A stretch of DNA of 56,498 nucleotides, counting the filler, from Piptocephalis cylindrospora (taxonomy: Eukaryota), in assembly GCA_003614145.1 (NCBI GenBank). It is 2 parts of 2 records of this genome, joined end to end, with 100 filler letters (N's around TTAATTAATTAA, not from the genome) between each part and the next. Parts side by side here need not be neighbours in the genome. Positions count along the whole stretch, not along the records: positions 1 to 28,211 come from KZ987762.1; 1 more part is not named here. One strand, written 5' to 3'. Position 1 is the first letter of the stretch, and every line of letters begins with the position of its first letter. The notes beneath the pieces were generated by a model. That model was given only the letters and a program-made list of their open reading frames with translations, did not search any database and was not told where the DNA came from. A program made the translations under genes and the position numbers. Shown here piece by piece: positions 1-12,336 of this stretch.

Positions 1-2006
1 CCTTGTTGCGCTCTCGTCAATGGCACCCATCACCACGATTTGCATGGGTTGAGTACTCCTCCTTCTGAATAGGCTCTTGAACGCGTATTCAACAGAATCA
101 TGGACGAGTAGGCATGTCTACACCCACCCTTGCATCCACTTACAGATGCAGAATATGACAATACCAGAATATGTTGAATAAATCAATGCATACGGAATAT
201 ATATATGTTCATCAGTATTACGTTAATCCTTTCCTCTTTTCGCTACCCTAGATAGAAGATCCACACGCCTTCAGTTTGGAGCAGGCCATGGTCTTTCTTG
301 TTCGGTATCATCAAAATGAAGAGCAGCTTTTGGATATTTGCAGAAAAGACCAATGGAAAGAAGATGGTCTTAATGTGGTTCAATTTAGCCTGAATGTCAG
401 TGAAATGTACTCCTACTTTGTGGTAACATTGCCAAAGTTTCACTACAGTGGTGTTTATTCGACTGGAGACCCCTTGGGATGGTGATCAGAAGAAGTCATT
501 GGCTGCTTGAATACTGCCGTCGAGCTCAAAGCCCGCGCAGAGGACATAGGAAATACCTTTTTGTCTATGGAGCTATTGATATCTAGCGCAGTTTGAATAC
601 TCAATCGTTGTTCCCAGCCTCATCCAGGGCTATTGCATAGGGGCGTCCATTGAGATTACTTCCCTGAGAGCTCATGCTCGGCAAATAAAGTCAGACTTCA
701 TGTTCAATAGCTGGAACCGTACAAGTGGAATATATTTCTCCTCACTCTCATGGATTCCTGATGAATATAAACTATTTGGGGCTATGTCGTGGAATGATTT
801 AAATCAATGGGCATCCCTCAGTAGGGGCCATTGAGGAATGCACTATTATTTCGGGATTTCGGGAAAGAACCGAGGGGGGGATATTGTCGAGAGAAACACA
901 CTATGAATGGGCGGGTACGGTACTTTCCACTCTCAAATGGGATGGAGTATCCTCTCCTCATATATTTTTCCATGGTGTACCTCCAATGGGCTGATGACTG
1001 GATTTTAGCGTCACATCTCGATAAGAAATAGCGTCAAACCTTTCTTCCCTTATTGCATGAACATCCTCTACTCTCTATGCACTACTCCTGAAAGATGATA
1101 AGGACGCAGCATGTCCATTGATCCGTATATGCACCTCCCACATATAGTCCTTTCTTATAAAGATCATCGTCTTCTTCGCTGGCCCTAGTAACATCATCGC
1201 CGTGTCCCTCCATCTCACGTCCCCCTGTACCACTTTCCCACACCGATCCGCATCGCCAGCAAGAATCCAATGGTCATGAGGGGGGCGACTGATCATCGAT
1301 GGTGGAACCTGATGAGCCTCGATGAGTGTCTTTTTGGAAACTTGCAGGCCGACTTGCCCTATCCATCCATGCTAATGGTACATCTGTCATTCTTCCCATT
1401 CTTGGGTAAGCGGCGCAACTAGACGCGCCCTGGTAATCGCGCTCATCTCATCCCTGATCCACCCGCGTCTCATTTTCCTTGGCAAGTTCTGTGCATTCTT
1501 GTCTCGGGCAGATTGGATCCAGCCTACCCTAACAAAGGTGTCATAAGCTAACGCCTACACACCTACACACGCATGCACGTCTGCACACAAGTCGTGTTCC
1601 TTATTCCCCCCATTGAGAGTCTTCTTTTACATTCCCTCTCCACACTGTGTCCATGGGAATGAGGTGTTCTTTGCGTCTTCTCCCGTGCTTTTTCCAGCTG
1701 CCTGGAGCCTCCCCTCCCCCTTCGCTCCCTTTCCCCCTTGCACACACGCGGACACACTCTTGGCTCAGGTCCCACGACGGCAACCGGACACGCCTCACCA
1801 TGTACGCTGGATTGTCCCTAGGCTATAGGCGCGTCATGATAAAAGGTCCGCGTTTCCCAAGCTCCAGCCTTGGTCGTCTCCTCTCCTCTTCTTCCTCCCC
1901 ATCCACCACTCGCTTCCTCCTTTCCCCTCCCCATCGTCCTTGTCGATTTCCCTTTCCCTTTCGCCTTTCTAACCTTCCTCGATCCCTGGTTTTTGTCACT
2001 CGCCCC

Positions 2007-4302
2007 ATGACCTACTCCACTGCCCCGTACACCTACCCCGAGCTTCGTCGGGATGAGTCTGTGGTCGAGGAGCTGCACGGACACAAGATCCCCGATCCCT
2101 ATCGGTGGCTGGAGGATCCTGACAGCAAGGAGACCCGAACCTTTGTCGACGCCGAGATGGCCCTGACCCGTGCTCATCTGGACAAGTACGCGGATATTGG
2201 CAAGGTTCGCGAACGTCTCACCACCCTCTTTGACTATGAACGCTACGGAGTCCCTTTCCGCCGGGGCTCCCATTACTACTACTTTCATAACTCAGGTCTC
2301 CAGAATCAGGCTGTTCTGTACAAGCAAGACACTCTTGAGAGTGAGCCCCGTGTCTTCCTTGACCCGAATGTTCTGGAGGAAGATGGGACCGCTTCCCTTT
2401 CCAGTCTTGGCTTCACTGAGGATGGCAGGTACTTGGCTTACGGGCTTAGTCGATCCGGTAGTGATTGGGTGACCATCTACGTCAAGGATGGGGAAACCGG
2501 CAAGGACTTGGAGGATGTGATTGAATGGGCCAAGTTTACCGGGATTGAATGGTCCCATGACAATGCTGGGTTCTTTTACACGGTCAGTTCTTCCCTCCCT
2601 CTCTCATCAGCAGGGGCGGACTCCGCATCTAAATTTGACTCCCCTTCCTCCCTCACTCACTCATGTAGAGATACCCCAAGCCGCAGGTTGAGGATGGTAA
2701 GGAGGGGACCGAAACCGGCACTAATGTCCTCTCCACCTTATGCTACCATCGCTTGGGGACTTCGCAGTCCGAGGACGTGACCATCATCCCTGCTGATAAA
2801 GAGCACCCTCAGTACAGGGCCGGGGCCGAGGTGACGGATGATGGGGCCTACCTCATCATTTCCGTCTCCGAGTCCACAGCCCGTGCTAACAAACTCTGGG
2901 TCACACCCCTTGGAGAGGGGGGTAAAGTTCGGGTGGAGGATTTGAAGGTAGACCGCATTGTGGATGATTTTTCCGGAGAGTACGATTACTTGGCCAATGA
3001 TGGGCCAGTCTTCTACTTCAAAACCAACAAGGATGCCCCCAGGTACAAGGTAGTGCGATATGATCTGACGCAAAAGGATAAAGGCTTTGAACTAGTGGTC
3101 CCAGAGCATGCCGTGGATGTGCTGGATGGAGCGAGTGTGGTCGCCGAGGATAATCTCATTCTGACGTACATGCACGACGTAAAGAGCGTTCTTTACATCC
3201 ATGACTTACGCACCGGGCAGCGTCGTCGGACCCTGGACCTACCCATTGGGTCCATTGGTGGGGTGAGTGGGCGCCGGGAGGATCCGGATATGTTTTACTC
3301 CCACGCCTCTTTCCTCAACCCGGGCATCATCTATCGGCACCGACTGGGTACGGGGGAGACGAGCACATTCCGTGTCACACATCTCGGAGGGGGGGTGGAT
3401 GTGAGTGATCTGGAGCAACAGCAGGTCTTTGTCACCAGCAAGGATGGGAAGACTCAGGTCCCAGTATTCCTCGTATCCCGGAAGGGTATCAAGCTAGATG
3501 GATCTACTCCCATGTTCCTTTACGGGTATGGTGGCTTCTCCATCCCTCTTAAGCCTGCCTTCTCCCCTACTTGGCTTAACTTTATCCTCCACTTTGGTGG
3601 GTGCGTGGCCGTGGCCAACATCCGTGGGGGAGGAGAGTACGGGGAGTCGTGGCATGAGGATGGGATGCTGGGGAATAAGCAGCATGTCTTTGATGACTTT
3701 CAATCGGTGGCTCGGTGGCTTATCCAAGAGGGCTGGACGTCCCCGGCCAGGCTCGCCATCAATGGTGGGAGCAATGGGGGGCTCCTCGTCGGAGCCTGTG
3801 TTAACCAGGCTCCCGAGCTCTTTGGGGCGGCGGTCGCAGATGTCGGGGTCATGGACATGCTCCGGTTCCACAAGTTCACCATTGGTCATGCCTGGAAGGC
3901 AGACTATGGTGATCCCGAGGTCAAGGAGGACTTTGAAACCGTTCTTCGGTACTCTCCTCTCCATAATGTCCAGGTGGACAAGCCCTATCCCTCCGTACTG
4001 CTCACGACTTCGGATCACGATGATCGAGTGGTTCCACTTCATTCGTACAAGTACATTGCCGAGCTCCAGTATCGTGCTGGTCCCCTCACCCCCAATCCTC
4101 TTCTCATCCGGATTGAAACCAAGGCTGGGCATGGGGCGGGCAAGCCCACGAAGAAGCGGGTAAGTTTTTTTAATATGACTCTGTGAGGGATACGAGGGGT
4201 ACGAAAAGACTCATTCCTCTTACTGGTTTATTCTAGATTGAGGAAGCGGCAGAAAAGTATGCTTTTATTGCTATGGCCATCGGAGCTACCTGGAAGGATT
4301 AG
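2007..4302 (+). CDS. PREP: Prolyl oligopeptidase (S9A); introns 2583-2668 and 4160-4236; possible in-frame upstream ATG at 1836
   Basis: Motifs IPDPYRWLED, YGYGGF, NIRGGGEYG, GGSNGG (catalytic Ser), DHDDRVVP (Asp) and AGHGAGKP (His). GT..AG introns join the ORFs in frame and the last exon ends IEEAAEKYAFIAMAIGATWKD* (TAG 4300-4302). Confidence 0.96.
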
Positions 4303-4975
4303 GACTGGATTCTCTCTCTCTCTCTCTCTGCTCTCTCTATGTGTTCATGTGGGTGGCGGAATGCTAATGGTGTGAGGACACGATTTATTTTTCTTTCTGA
4401 TCAGCCCAGTCTTTTTGATTCAAAGAGAGATGTGTTTATGTAACTAGACTCTAACGGTACTTGATAGGTCGGCCCGCCTCTCAGCCTTCTTCGGCGAAAT
4501 TCCGCCCTGTCTCATCTTGAGACGGCTCAACTGGGGTAGGCTTCATTCCTCCATCCTCATGTCTCTCTCTATGCATAGACAACCCATTGAGACGATATAG
4601 CATCTCTCAAACGCTGCCACTGTTCCAATGGTATAGATGCACCTTGGAAATGAAACCTTCTCATCCTCACCCTCACTCACACCCACTGACATGTGAGAAC
4701 ACCGCCTTCACCTTGCCCTAACAATGTGGCGGAGGGGGGAAAGGGTGGGGGTGCAATATGCAGAGTGGGGAACAGGTTCCCATGTCGAGGTTCAGGGCAT
4801 GGACAAGTCAGGTCCAAGATGGGTCAGAATGAGGTAAAGTACTATCGATGAGGCCTTCCTAGAGATAAAACTACGACACTTAACAAGTTTGATGAATCTG
4901 ACCACTTTCTTCCCTTACCTCCTCCCCTTCCTCCTCCTCTTTCAATCCTTATCTTAAGCACTTCTCCCCTCCAGG

Positions 4976-6530
4976 ATGGGAATCCCGTTTTTTGGCCGTC
5001 TGCACCTGGACGACTATCAGTCGCTCTTCCTCACCTGCCTTGCCTTGGTGGTGGAAAAGATCTTTCGGATCCTGACCTTTTTCATCCCTAGCCCAGTTAT
5101 TGCGTTTATCTTTTCCAAGTAAGCACTGTCCTTGATTCAAAAATCACAGGAGAGACTCACTCCCCCCTTCCGTAGACTGCCATGGAATACTAGAAAGAGG
5201 TACAAGGAGCACCATATTATTCACACAGTAGCGTCCTTTTGTCAAAGGGCTGGATATCCGGTGGAGGAGCACCTAGTGACCACGACGGATGGGTTTGTCC
5301 TTGGCATTCACCGAATTCCCGGTGGAAAGGAGGGTGTTGAAAGGAAGGGGGAGGGGGTGGACAGGAATGGGGATTCCAACGAGAGCCCCAAACCCGTCGT
5401 ACTTTTATGGCACGGATTCATGATGTCTTCGGAGGTCTTTGTGTGCGGCCACACCGAGGAACGCAACTTGGCTTTTGCCTTGGCTACGGCTGGCTACGAT
5501 GTGTGGATGGGGAACATCCGAGGGAACAAATACTCTTATAAGCACCTGACGGAAAAGCCCAATTCCCGAAAGTTCTGGGACTTTAGCATTGACGAACTGG
5601 CCCGGTACGACATCCCCAATACCATTGATTACGTCCTCCGCATGACCGGCCAAAGCACCTTGAGCTACATTGGCTTCTCTCAGGGTACGGCCCAGATGTT
5701 CGCGGCCCTCTCCATTAACCCAGAGCTCAATGACAAGGTCAACTCCTTTATCGCTCTGGCCCCCGCTACAAAACCTCCGATGATCGAGAATGCCTCGGTC
5801 AGCGCGATCCTTCGATCATCCCCTCAGGCCTTGTACCTGATTCTTGGACGAAAGTGTGCCATGGGTTACGCTCTCTTCTGGAGAGACTACCTTCCCAGGC
5901 CTCTCTATGTTCGGCTGATCCGAATGTCTGTGTGGCTTCTTTTTGGATGGTCCATGCGGAACATGAGCCAATTGCAAAAGGAGGCCTGTCTTGGTCATCT
6001 CTACTCTTATACGGCCACCAAGCTTGTTGTAGTAAGTGAATCTTGTATGGATGCGTATCATTCTCCGCCATATTTTCTCTTCCCTTTACTCATTCATGCA
6101 TCCCTTCCTGTAGCACTGGTTCCAGATCATGGGGGCTCAAAGGTTTCAGGTATTTGATGATGCCCCTCCAGTCCGGTCCAGGATTCTTGGAAGCGCAGAT
6201 AGTCGGATCAACGAGGAAGGCTCCTTTGGGCACGTTGTCCCAGCCTTCCCCACCCGGCGGATCGTCGCTCCTATTGCTATTTTTTACGGCGGACAAGATA
6301 ATCTTTCTAACATCCAGAATCTCCTCAAGGATCTACCCGAACCCGTTCTGTGTCGCAGAGTGGACAAGTATGAGCATTTGGACTTTCTCTGGGCCGATGA
6401 TGCCGACGAACTTGTCTTTCCCATGGTCATGGGCACTCTCGCATCCCTTGCCTCCAACGAGGTGAATTCTATCGGGTCTAAAGAACGTCGGCGTTATCGT
6501 CATAATCGATCCTCCTCGGTTCATATCTAG
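4976..6530 (+). CDS. TGL1: Steryl-ester/triacylglycerol lipase (TGL1/lysosomal acid lipase family); introns 5119-5175 and 6032-6113
   Basis: N-terminus MGIPFFGRLHLDDY resembles yeast Tgl1 (MYFPFLGRLSITDY). Also EEHLVTTTDGFVL, GYDVWMGNIRGNKYS, GFSQG nucleophile, VVHWFQI after splicing, and YEHLDFLWA. Confidence 0.93.
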
Positions 6531-7054
6531 TGTACCGGGTATGGTCCTTTTACCTTTATTCGTAAAATATTGCTTTCTCCCTTAGTTACTTTGATGTGCT
6601 TGCGCATTCCGTCCGGTGGAGGAATGGGGCTCGTCTTATCTTTTCTTACTTGTCTGCCAGCGATCAGATAATCCATCCTCACCCTTCCGCTCTCGTCAAT
6701 TCGATTCCTTGCTTTCGCTGCTCCTCCCCCCTTCCCCCACCAACACGACCACGATGCCCAAAACATCACATTCACTGACAAGAACATATTTCACACTCCG
6801 ATCTCATTCTACCTCCGTTCCTAACTCCGACAACTGAAGTGTCTGAACGGAGGATGAGGATTCCAACAGTAACCATTTGGCCCTTTTACTTTCTTCACTG
6901 CTGCTCCACCTTTTCCATCTCACTATCTCCTCCGCACCTCTCCTCTACTTCAAAAGCTCCTTGAATCTCTCCCTCCCACCATCCTCCCTCCCCTTCTCCT
7001 ACTATCTTGTCGCCGGCCGACATTTGCGTACTCCCACGCCTACCGTCATCTCCA

Positions 7055-7666
7055 ATGTCCTACTCCAAAGGATACACTCTTCTCCTTCTCTCTCTAGGGC
7101 TCCTCCTAGCTCTTCTTCCCATCTGTCAGGTGATGGCCATGGATCGGGACCAAGCTCTTACGCAACTTAAAACTCTGGTCACCAATTCAGCGGATAAAAA
7201 GTCAAAATTCTTCGGGATTCGACATGGGGACACGGGAAAGTATCTAACCGTCCCGCCTCCCGCCTCTGGCACCAATACAAGTACCGTTGGTTTGGGAGAT
7301 AACCCAGATAATGCTTGGTCCCAGGCAATCACATTTGCTCTGGCTGAGGGACTCTTCTTCAAAGGGCAAGGACAACTCCTCATTGTTCCCTCCTCCTCGG
7401 AGGGGTGGTGGACGTGTGTGACGTATGAAGGAAGTACGGAAAGCGACTTGAAGCTTGCCGCCAAATCTTGTGCCTTTGACAGATCCGATGGTCATGTGCA
7501 ACAATGGATAGTGAGCTTTGACGAGTTTGACCCTACAAAGTGTCGGCTCAAGCCCGAGCTCTTTGATCGGTGTCTCGTGGTTCATAATCCCTCTGGCAAC
7601 GGGTCCGATGCTTTCGGCCTGGATGATTGCTCTGTTCCTGGCAGTGTATGGTCCCTTTATGACTAG
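7055..7666 (+). CDS. Small secreted protein, probable ricin-B/beta-trefoil lectin-like fold
   Basis: Signal peptide MSYSKGYTLLLLSLGLLLALLPICQVMA; a QQW motif and paired Cys (TCVT...KSC, RCLV...DDC...VW). The fold call is inference. Confidence 0.7.
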   Translation: MSYSKGYTLLLLSLGLLLALLPICQVMAMDRDQALTQLKTLVTNSADKKSKFFGIRHGDTGKYLTVPPPASGTNTSTVGLGDNPDNAWSQAITFALAEGLFFKGQGQLLIVPSSSEGWWTCVTYEGSTESDLKLAAKSCAFDRSDGHVQQWIVSFDEFDPTKCRLKPELFDRCLVVHNPSGNGSDAFGLDDCSVPGSVWSLYD

Positions 7667-8739
7667 TTCTGGGAGATGTCTAGGGGTGCACGGGTCCTCT
7701 CTGGAATAAATAGTTCCGTCAACAAGGAGCCATCTATCTAATTTATTGCCTTATGAAAGAAATGATGATGACGTGTGTTGATCATTTCGGGGCTCGCCTT
7801 GAATAGGTTCGTGAAACAAAGAGACCCTGTCTCATGAGCGCTCTCCATCCGGGTTATCGCCTTGATGGGAACAAATCTTAAATAGAACTCTTTATAGTGA
7901 ATCGTTGGTCAATCAGCTTGTCTATGTCAGGAGGCGTCTTTAGGATAAAATTTGTTCCTTTTTCCTCAAAGAAGCGGAGACTGATCTGGTCAAGATCCAG
8001 CGAGATGGCAAGGAACAAATCAACATGAAGCTTTCCTCATCAAAGGCACTCTTTAGAATTTGGAGAGCGATGTATAATGGGTACTCCTGAAAAAGAGCCA
8101 TTCTTTTTCCCAGCCCCATTCCTTCTGGTGAGATGGGAGACACACCAATGAGCGAATCCATGGCGGAGCTGAAACTCCAGTTTGTATTCCGACGTATGGC
8201 TGTGTAAAGAAGGCAAGGGAGACAGTAGGCTCTGATGTGTATATATATGTGTGTGTGAGGGAGAAGGAAATGATAAAACTCAGCTCAAGTGTGTGAAGAG
8301 CGGCGGTTTACCCAAACTGGATAAAACCGGAGTTCAAAGTGCGAGAAGAAAGAAATAGTCACTAGGATCCGATGGGTACAGCGATTCTCCTTACTCCGAC
8401 ACCCTGTGTCCCATCTCTCCATTGCTAAGGTATTTAAGCAGCATCTATGGAGTCCCCGCCTCTTATTTGTCCCTCACTTCACACGTCCTCCTTCCCTTTC
8501 TCTCTGTCCCTCTTCTTCGCTCTCATCCGCCTTGGCACTCCCCCCACTGCCTCTTCCTCCTGCCCACTTGCCCATCGCCCGTTGAACCGCGGCTTCTTTG
8601 CTCCCTCTCCTTTCCTCCCTCCCCCTCTCCCACCGCCTTTGCGCCATCTTACCCCGCTTCCTGAGACGCTGGCCCGTCCTTCTACTCACCCCTCGCCTCG
8701 CCTTCCCAGCTCAAACGCTTCCTCCACCCATACTTCACC

Positions 8740-9348
8740 ATGAAGCTCACCTTTACAACCGCTCTCGTCGGCCTTCTCGCCCTTACTCTCCCCACTATTC
8801 AGGCAAAGGGGGCCAAGAGTGACCCGCCCATCCTCAAGCCTTTTGCCATTCAGCACGGCCTAAACCATAATTTCCTCAATACCATCAAGGCAACTCCAGA
8901 GACCCGCTTCACCTACATGCAGCTTCGGAGACATTTGCGTAAGCGCCTGTATTATGGTTCCTCTAATGGCTTTACCGTCTATCATGATAAGGCCTTTGGG
9001 GATGGAAAGACCCCCCATGGGATCTTTACCCAGAGGGGTGCTGATCCAGCTAATGTCCAAGAGGATGACATCAATGGGGTCGAATGGGGCTGCCTCACCG
9101 CCGCTACCCCCGGGAACTTTGCCGGAGGCAAGTGCATCTACACTGGGGATACCTCTGCCGATGTCGATCCTACCCAGCAGTTCATTACCACTTGGGTCTC
9201 CGACATGGTGGGTCTGGGCTTTACCATTCGTCCCGTCAACTCGGAGTACTGCTTCGGGGCCCAACCTCGTGCCCGTGACGGATCCAGTAATTTTGCCTTT
9301 GTGAGTTGCAAGTCCGCCAAGGCTATTTGGTTCAAGGTGCCTCTCTGA
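8740..9348 (+). CDS. Small secreted protein, divergent paralog of 7055-7666
   Basis: Signal peptide MKLTFTTALVGLLALTLPTIQA with ACCATG context. Collinear motifs FAIQHG, WGCLT, KC...QQF and IRP...YCF...SC...IW. Confidence 0.75.
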   Translation: MKLTFTTALVGLLALTLPTIQAKGAKSDPPILKPFAIQHGLNHNFLNTIKATPETRFTYMQLRRHLRKRLYYGSSNGFTVYHDKAFGDGKTPHGIFTQRGADPANVQEDDINGVEWGCLTAATPGNFAGGKCIYTGDTSADVDPTQQFITTWVSDMVGLGFTIRPVNSEYCFGAQPRARDGSSNFAFVSCKSAKAIWFKVPL

Positions 9349-9811
9349 TCTTTCTTTCTTGCGTGTCCGTATATCTGCCTGCTTTGTCCCCTATCTCTAT
9401 CTGGATGAAGGAAGGGGACAATGCTTCCTTGGGGGGGGATTGATTCCCCTCGATGCAAACGAGCTGAGCTCCTTTTCTCTAGGAATGAATACAGTGTCCC
9501 TTTTTCATCTTTTCTCGCTTGCTTTTTCTTTTTATGAGGAGCGAGGTTGATTTGGGAATAGGAGAGTTGATTATTCAGACAGGTATATACCATCTTTTTT
9601 CTTAAGTGTCCACATCACCCTTAGGTTAATTGCAGACCTGGATGGATGCTAAATGACTTATTTCAAGAGAGGATGACCTATGATGATACCATCCTAAAAA
9701 GGTAGCTACAGACGCATCCTATAAAACGATCAAAAGTTCATATATATTCACTAGTGAGCGCACCCAACATAAACTGTCCTGCAATTCCGTGATACATCAT
9801 ACTCGTAGGGA

Positions 9812-10027
9812 CTAGGGGTTATCCCTTTTGGGATTGTCATCTTGACTAAAGCCCGTGGATTTGGCGACAAAGGCGCTATTCATCGCGGCAGCTGGGGTAT
9901 TACCTAACTTGCCGTTACCTCCGTGGTCCATGATATATTTTTCCTTGTCTTCATCTGACATGGGAGCAGAGGAGACGGCGGCCACAAGGACCATGGTCAG
10001 GGCTAGGACGAAGAGGGAAGTACGCAT
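9812..10027 (-). CDS. Secreted peptide, array copy 1 (71 aa)
   Basis: MRTSLFVLALTMVLVAAVSS-AP signal, CAACATG context, TATAAATA at 10180-10187, and a paralog 1453 bp away. Confidence 0.8.
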   Translation of the reverse strand: MRTSLFVLALTMVLVAAVSSAPMSDEDKEKYIMDHGGNGKLGNTPAAAMNSAFVAKSTGFSQDDNPKRDNP

Positions 10028-10179
10028 GTTGGATAGGAGTTGGGCGGTGTTTGGGCTTGGCGAAAGTTGAGACCGGCTCAAAGGATGGAGGCAAGGTGGG
10101 TGGGTATGGAAAGGCTGAAAAGTGGTTGGTGAGGTGAGTGCGGTAAGAGTTTGGGAGGAATGGGTGGCTGTTCCCGGGG

Positions 10180-10187
10180 TATTTATA
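10180..10187 (-). promoter_or_regulatory. TATA box (TATAAATA) of peptide copy 1; the same octamer lies at 11633, 41387, 47660 (minus) and 45287 (plus)
   Basis: Perfect consensus 110-180 nt upstream of the start codon in five genes. Confidence 0.65.
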
Positions 10188-11279
10188 CCCTCTTTCCCTC
10201 CCATCTCATCTCATCTCATGCCAAGGAAGGCAGTGTCCAGGCTGGAGGATATTCTATTTCTGAACTGGATAGATTACTTATCCTGATAGGTGTAGGTGCA
10301 CCAAGAGATGTTTATCCCGACTGTAGAGGACGGCACGGACTTTGAAAGGGAAGCCCTCCCCAAGCATGCCGATAGGCCAGGGCCTACATGGATCTATCGG
10401 ACTGGTTCAGGGATCTACGCTGGGAAATAATAGGCACTGGAGAGCTTCTTGTATAGATGCGTATTGGTGATTCCTATCGGTAGTTCCTTTCTACATAGTC
10501 TTTCCCGCTCCTGGCCCTATCAAGTACTCGACTGACTCATGTATGCAATTCTCCGCTCTCATCTCCTTTCAGGGCTTGATTCAACCGTGGAATGCTCTGG
10601 CATCGTGATACCCTTTCATTGGCTCAGTGAATGGAAAGGGGATGAATGGGCTAAAGCACCAGATCTTTTAGATACTATAAGTGAATCGCCATCATCCTTG
10701 GTTGTGGAGACGTTATTTATTGGCTCGGCCCAGTAAAGTTCAAAGGAGCGCTGTCTTGACAAGGGTAGCTAAGATTCGACTACTCTCCATTATCGCGGAT
10801 TTAATCATCCAAGAGCCACTTTTATTTATAAATCTACACAGAAGTGTCATTCCTGATGCTTGATCTCCTCGTTCTTGAACAGTACTAAACTTAGTAGGTG
10901 CACCTACCTGTGACTAAAGAGGGGAGAAAGCTACCGTGATTCTTTTCTCTTTTACAGTCCACGTTGTCATTTCATATTCTCTCTTTTTATAGGGAATAAG
11001 AGGTTGGTTCAGAGGTAAGAGTTGATTGATCAGACAGGTAAATTGTATCCTCCTTTGAACAACGCCCACATCATCATCACTGAGTTGAGTGCAGAACCTG
11101 AATGAATGCTAGACGGCTTATTTCAAGAGGATGACCCATGTTTACCATTCTAAAAAAGACAACTACAGACACATCACATATTAAGTAGATCAGAAAATCC
11201 TGTGTATACATCGGTGGGCACACACACACGAGTTGTCCTGCAAGTCCTAGAGGTGTATGGCACCCCTAGGGATGGGAAT

Positions 11280-11480
11280 TTACCTGTTCATCTGAGAACC
11301 CGGGCCAGAGTTCGGGACTGAAGTAGAGATGCCGTTGACAGCTGGGGAATCGGCAGCGCGCCGGCTGATATCCCCGTGGTCGGAAGCATATTTCCCCATT
11401 TCTTCATCAGATATGGGAGCAGAGGAGACGGCGGCCACAAGGACCATGGTCAGGGCTAGGACGAAGAGGGAAGTACGCAT
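11280..11480 (-). CDS. Secreted peptide, array copy 2 (66 aa)
   Basis: Signal peptide identical to copy 1; mature region APISDEEMGKYASDHG... diverges; TATAAATA at 11633-11640. Confidence 0.8.
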   Translation of the reverse strand: MRTSLFVLALTMVLVAAVSSAPISDEEMGKYASDHGDISRRAADSPAVNGISTSVPNSGPGSQMNR

Positions 11481-12336
11481 GTTGGATAGGAGTTGGGCGG
11501 TGTTTGGGCTTGGCGAAAGTTGAGACCGGCTCAAAGGATGGAGGCAAGGTGGGTGGGTATGGAAAGGCTGAAAAGTGGTTGGTGAGGTGAGTGCGGTAAG
11601 AGTTTGGGAGGAATGGGTGGCTGTTCCCGGGGTATTTATACCCTCTTTCCCTCCCATCTCATCTCATCTCATGCCAAGGAAGGCAGTGTCCAGGCTGGAG
11701 GATATTCTATTTCTGAACTGGATAGATTACTTATCCTGATAGGTGTAGGTGCACCAAGAGATGTTTATCCCGACTGTAGAGGACGGCACGGACTTTGAAA
11801 GGGAAGCCCTCCCCAAGCATGCCGATAGGCCAGGGCCTACATGGATCTATCGGACTGGTTCAGGGATCTACGCTGGGAAATAATAGGCACTGGAGAGCTT
11901 CTTGTATAGATGCGTATTGGTGATTCCTATCGGTAGTTCCTTTCTACATAGTCTTTCCCGCTCCTGGCCCTATCAAGTACTCGACTGATTCATATATGCA
12001 GTTCTCTGCTCTCATCCCCTTCCAGGGCTTGATTTAGTTATAGAAAACTTCAATGCTCTGGGATACATTCTCATTGGTCCAGTGGACGGGAAGGGGACGA
12101 AAGAGAACCTCTTGCCCACTCTTCAGCTCACCTCAAGGCAAGACTGGATGGGCTAAGTACCTGACCTTTTAGACATTGTGTAAATGAATCGCCATCATCC
12201 TTGGCTGTGGAGTAGAGAGGTCATTTACTTACCTAGTGGATGAAGTTCAAAGGAATGCTATTCCAACAAGCACAAATAGAGTCTGACTATTTGCCATCGT
12301 CGCAGATTATTCCAAGAGTTACTTCCATTTATGAAT

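Noticed and set aside
7750..8161. Minus-strand protein-like fragments between the two lectin-like genes
   Set aside because: Short, frame-broken and without recognisable motifs; cannot be supported as a gene.
9950..9965. MSDED resembles the MSDIN amatoxin leader
   Set aside because: Only three residues match, they are internal after a signal peptide, copy 2 has ISDEE, and the NATRLP leader and follower are absent.
10028..10204. N-terminal extension (MGGKEGINTPG...) of the peptide ORFs in the ORF track, repeated at 11481-11657
   Set aside because: It starts upstream of the TATA box and would bury the signal peptide; ATG 10027/11480 has the better context.
9960..11988. Identical direct repeats as LTRs of a retroelement
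   Set aside because: No TG...CA termini, primer-binding site, target-site duplication or gag/pol; homology continues beyond the block as a tandem duplication.
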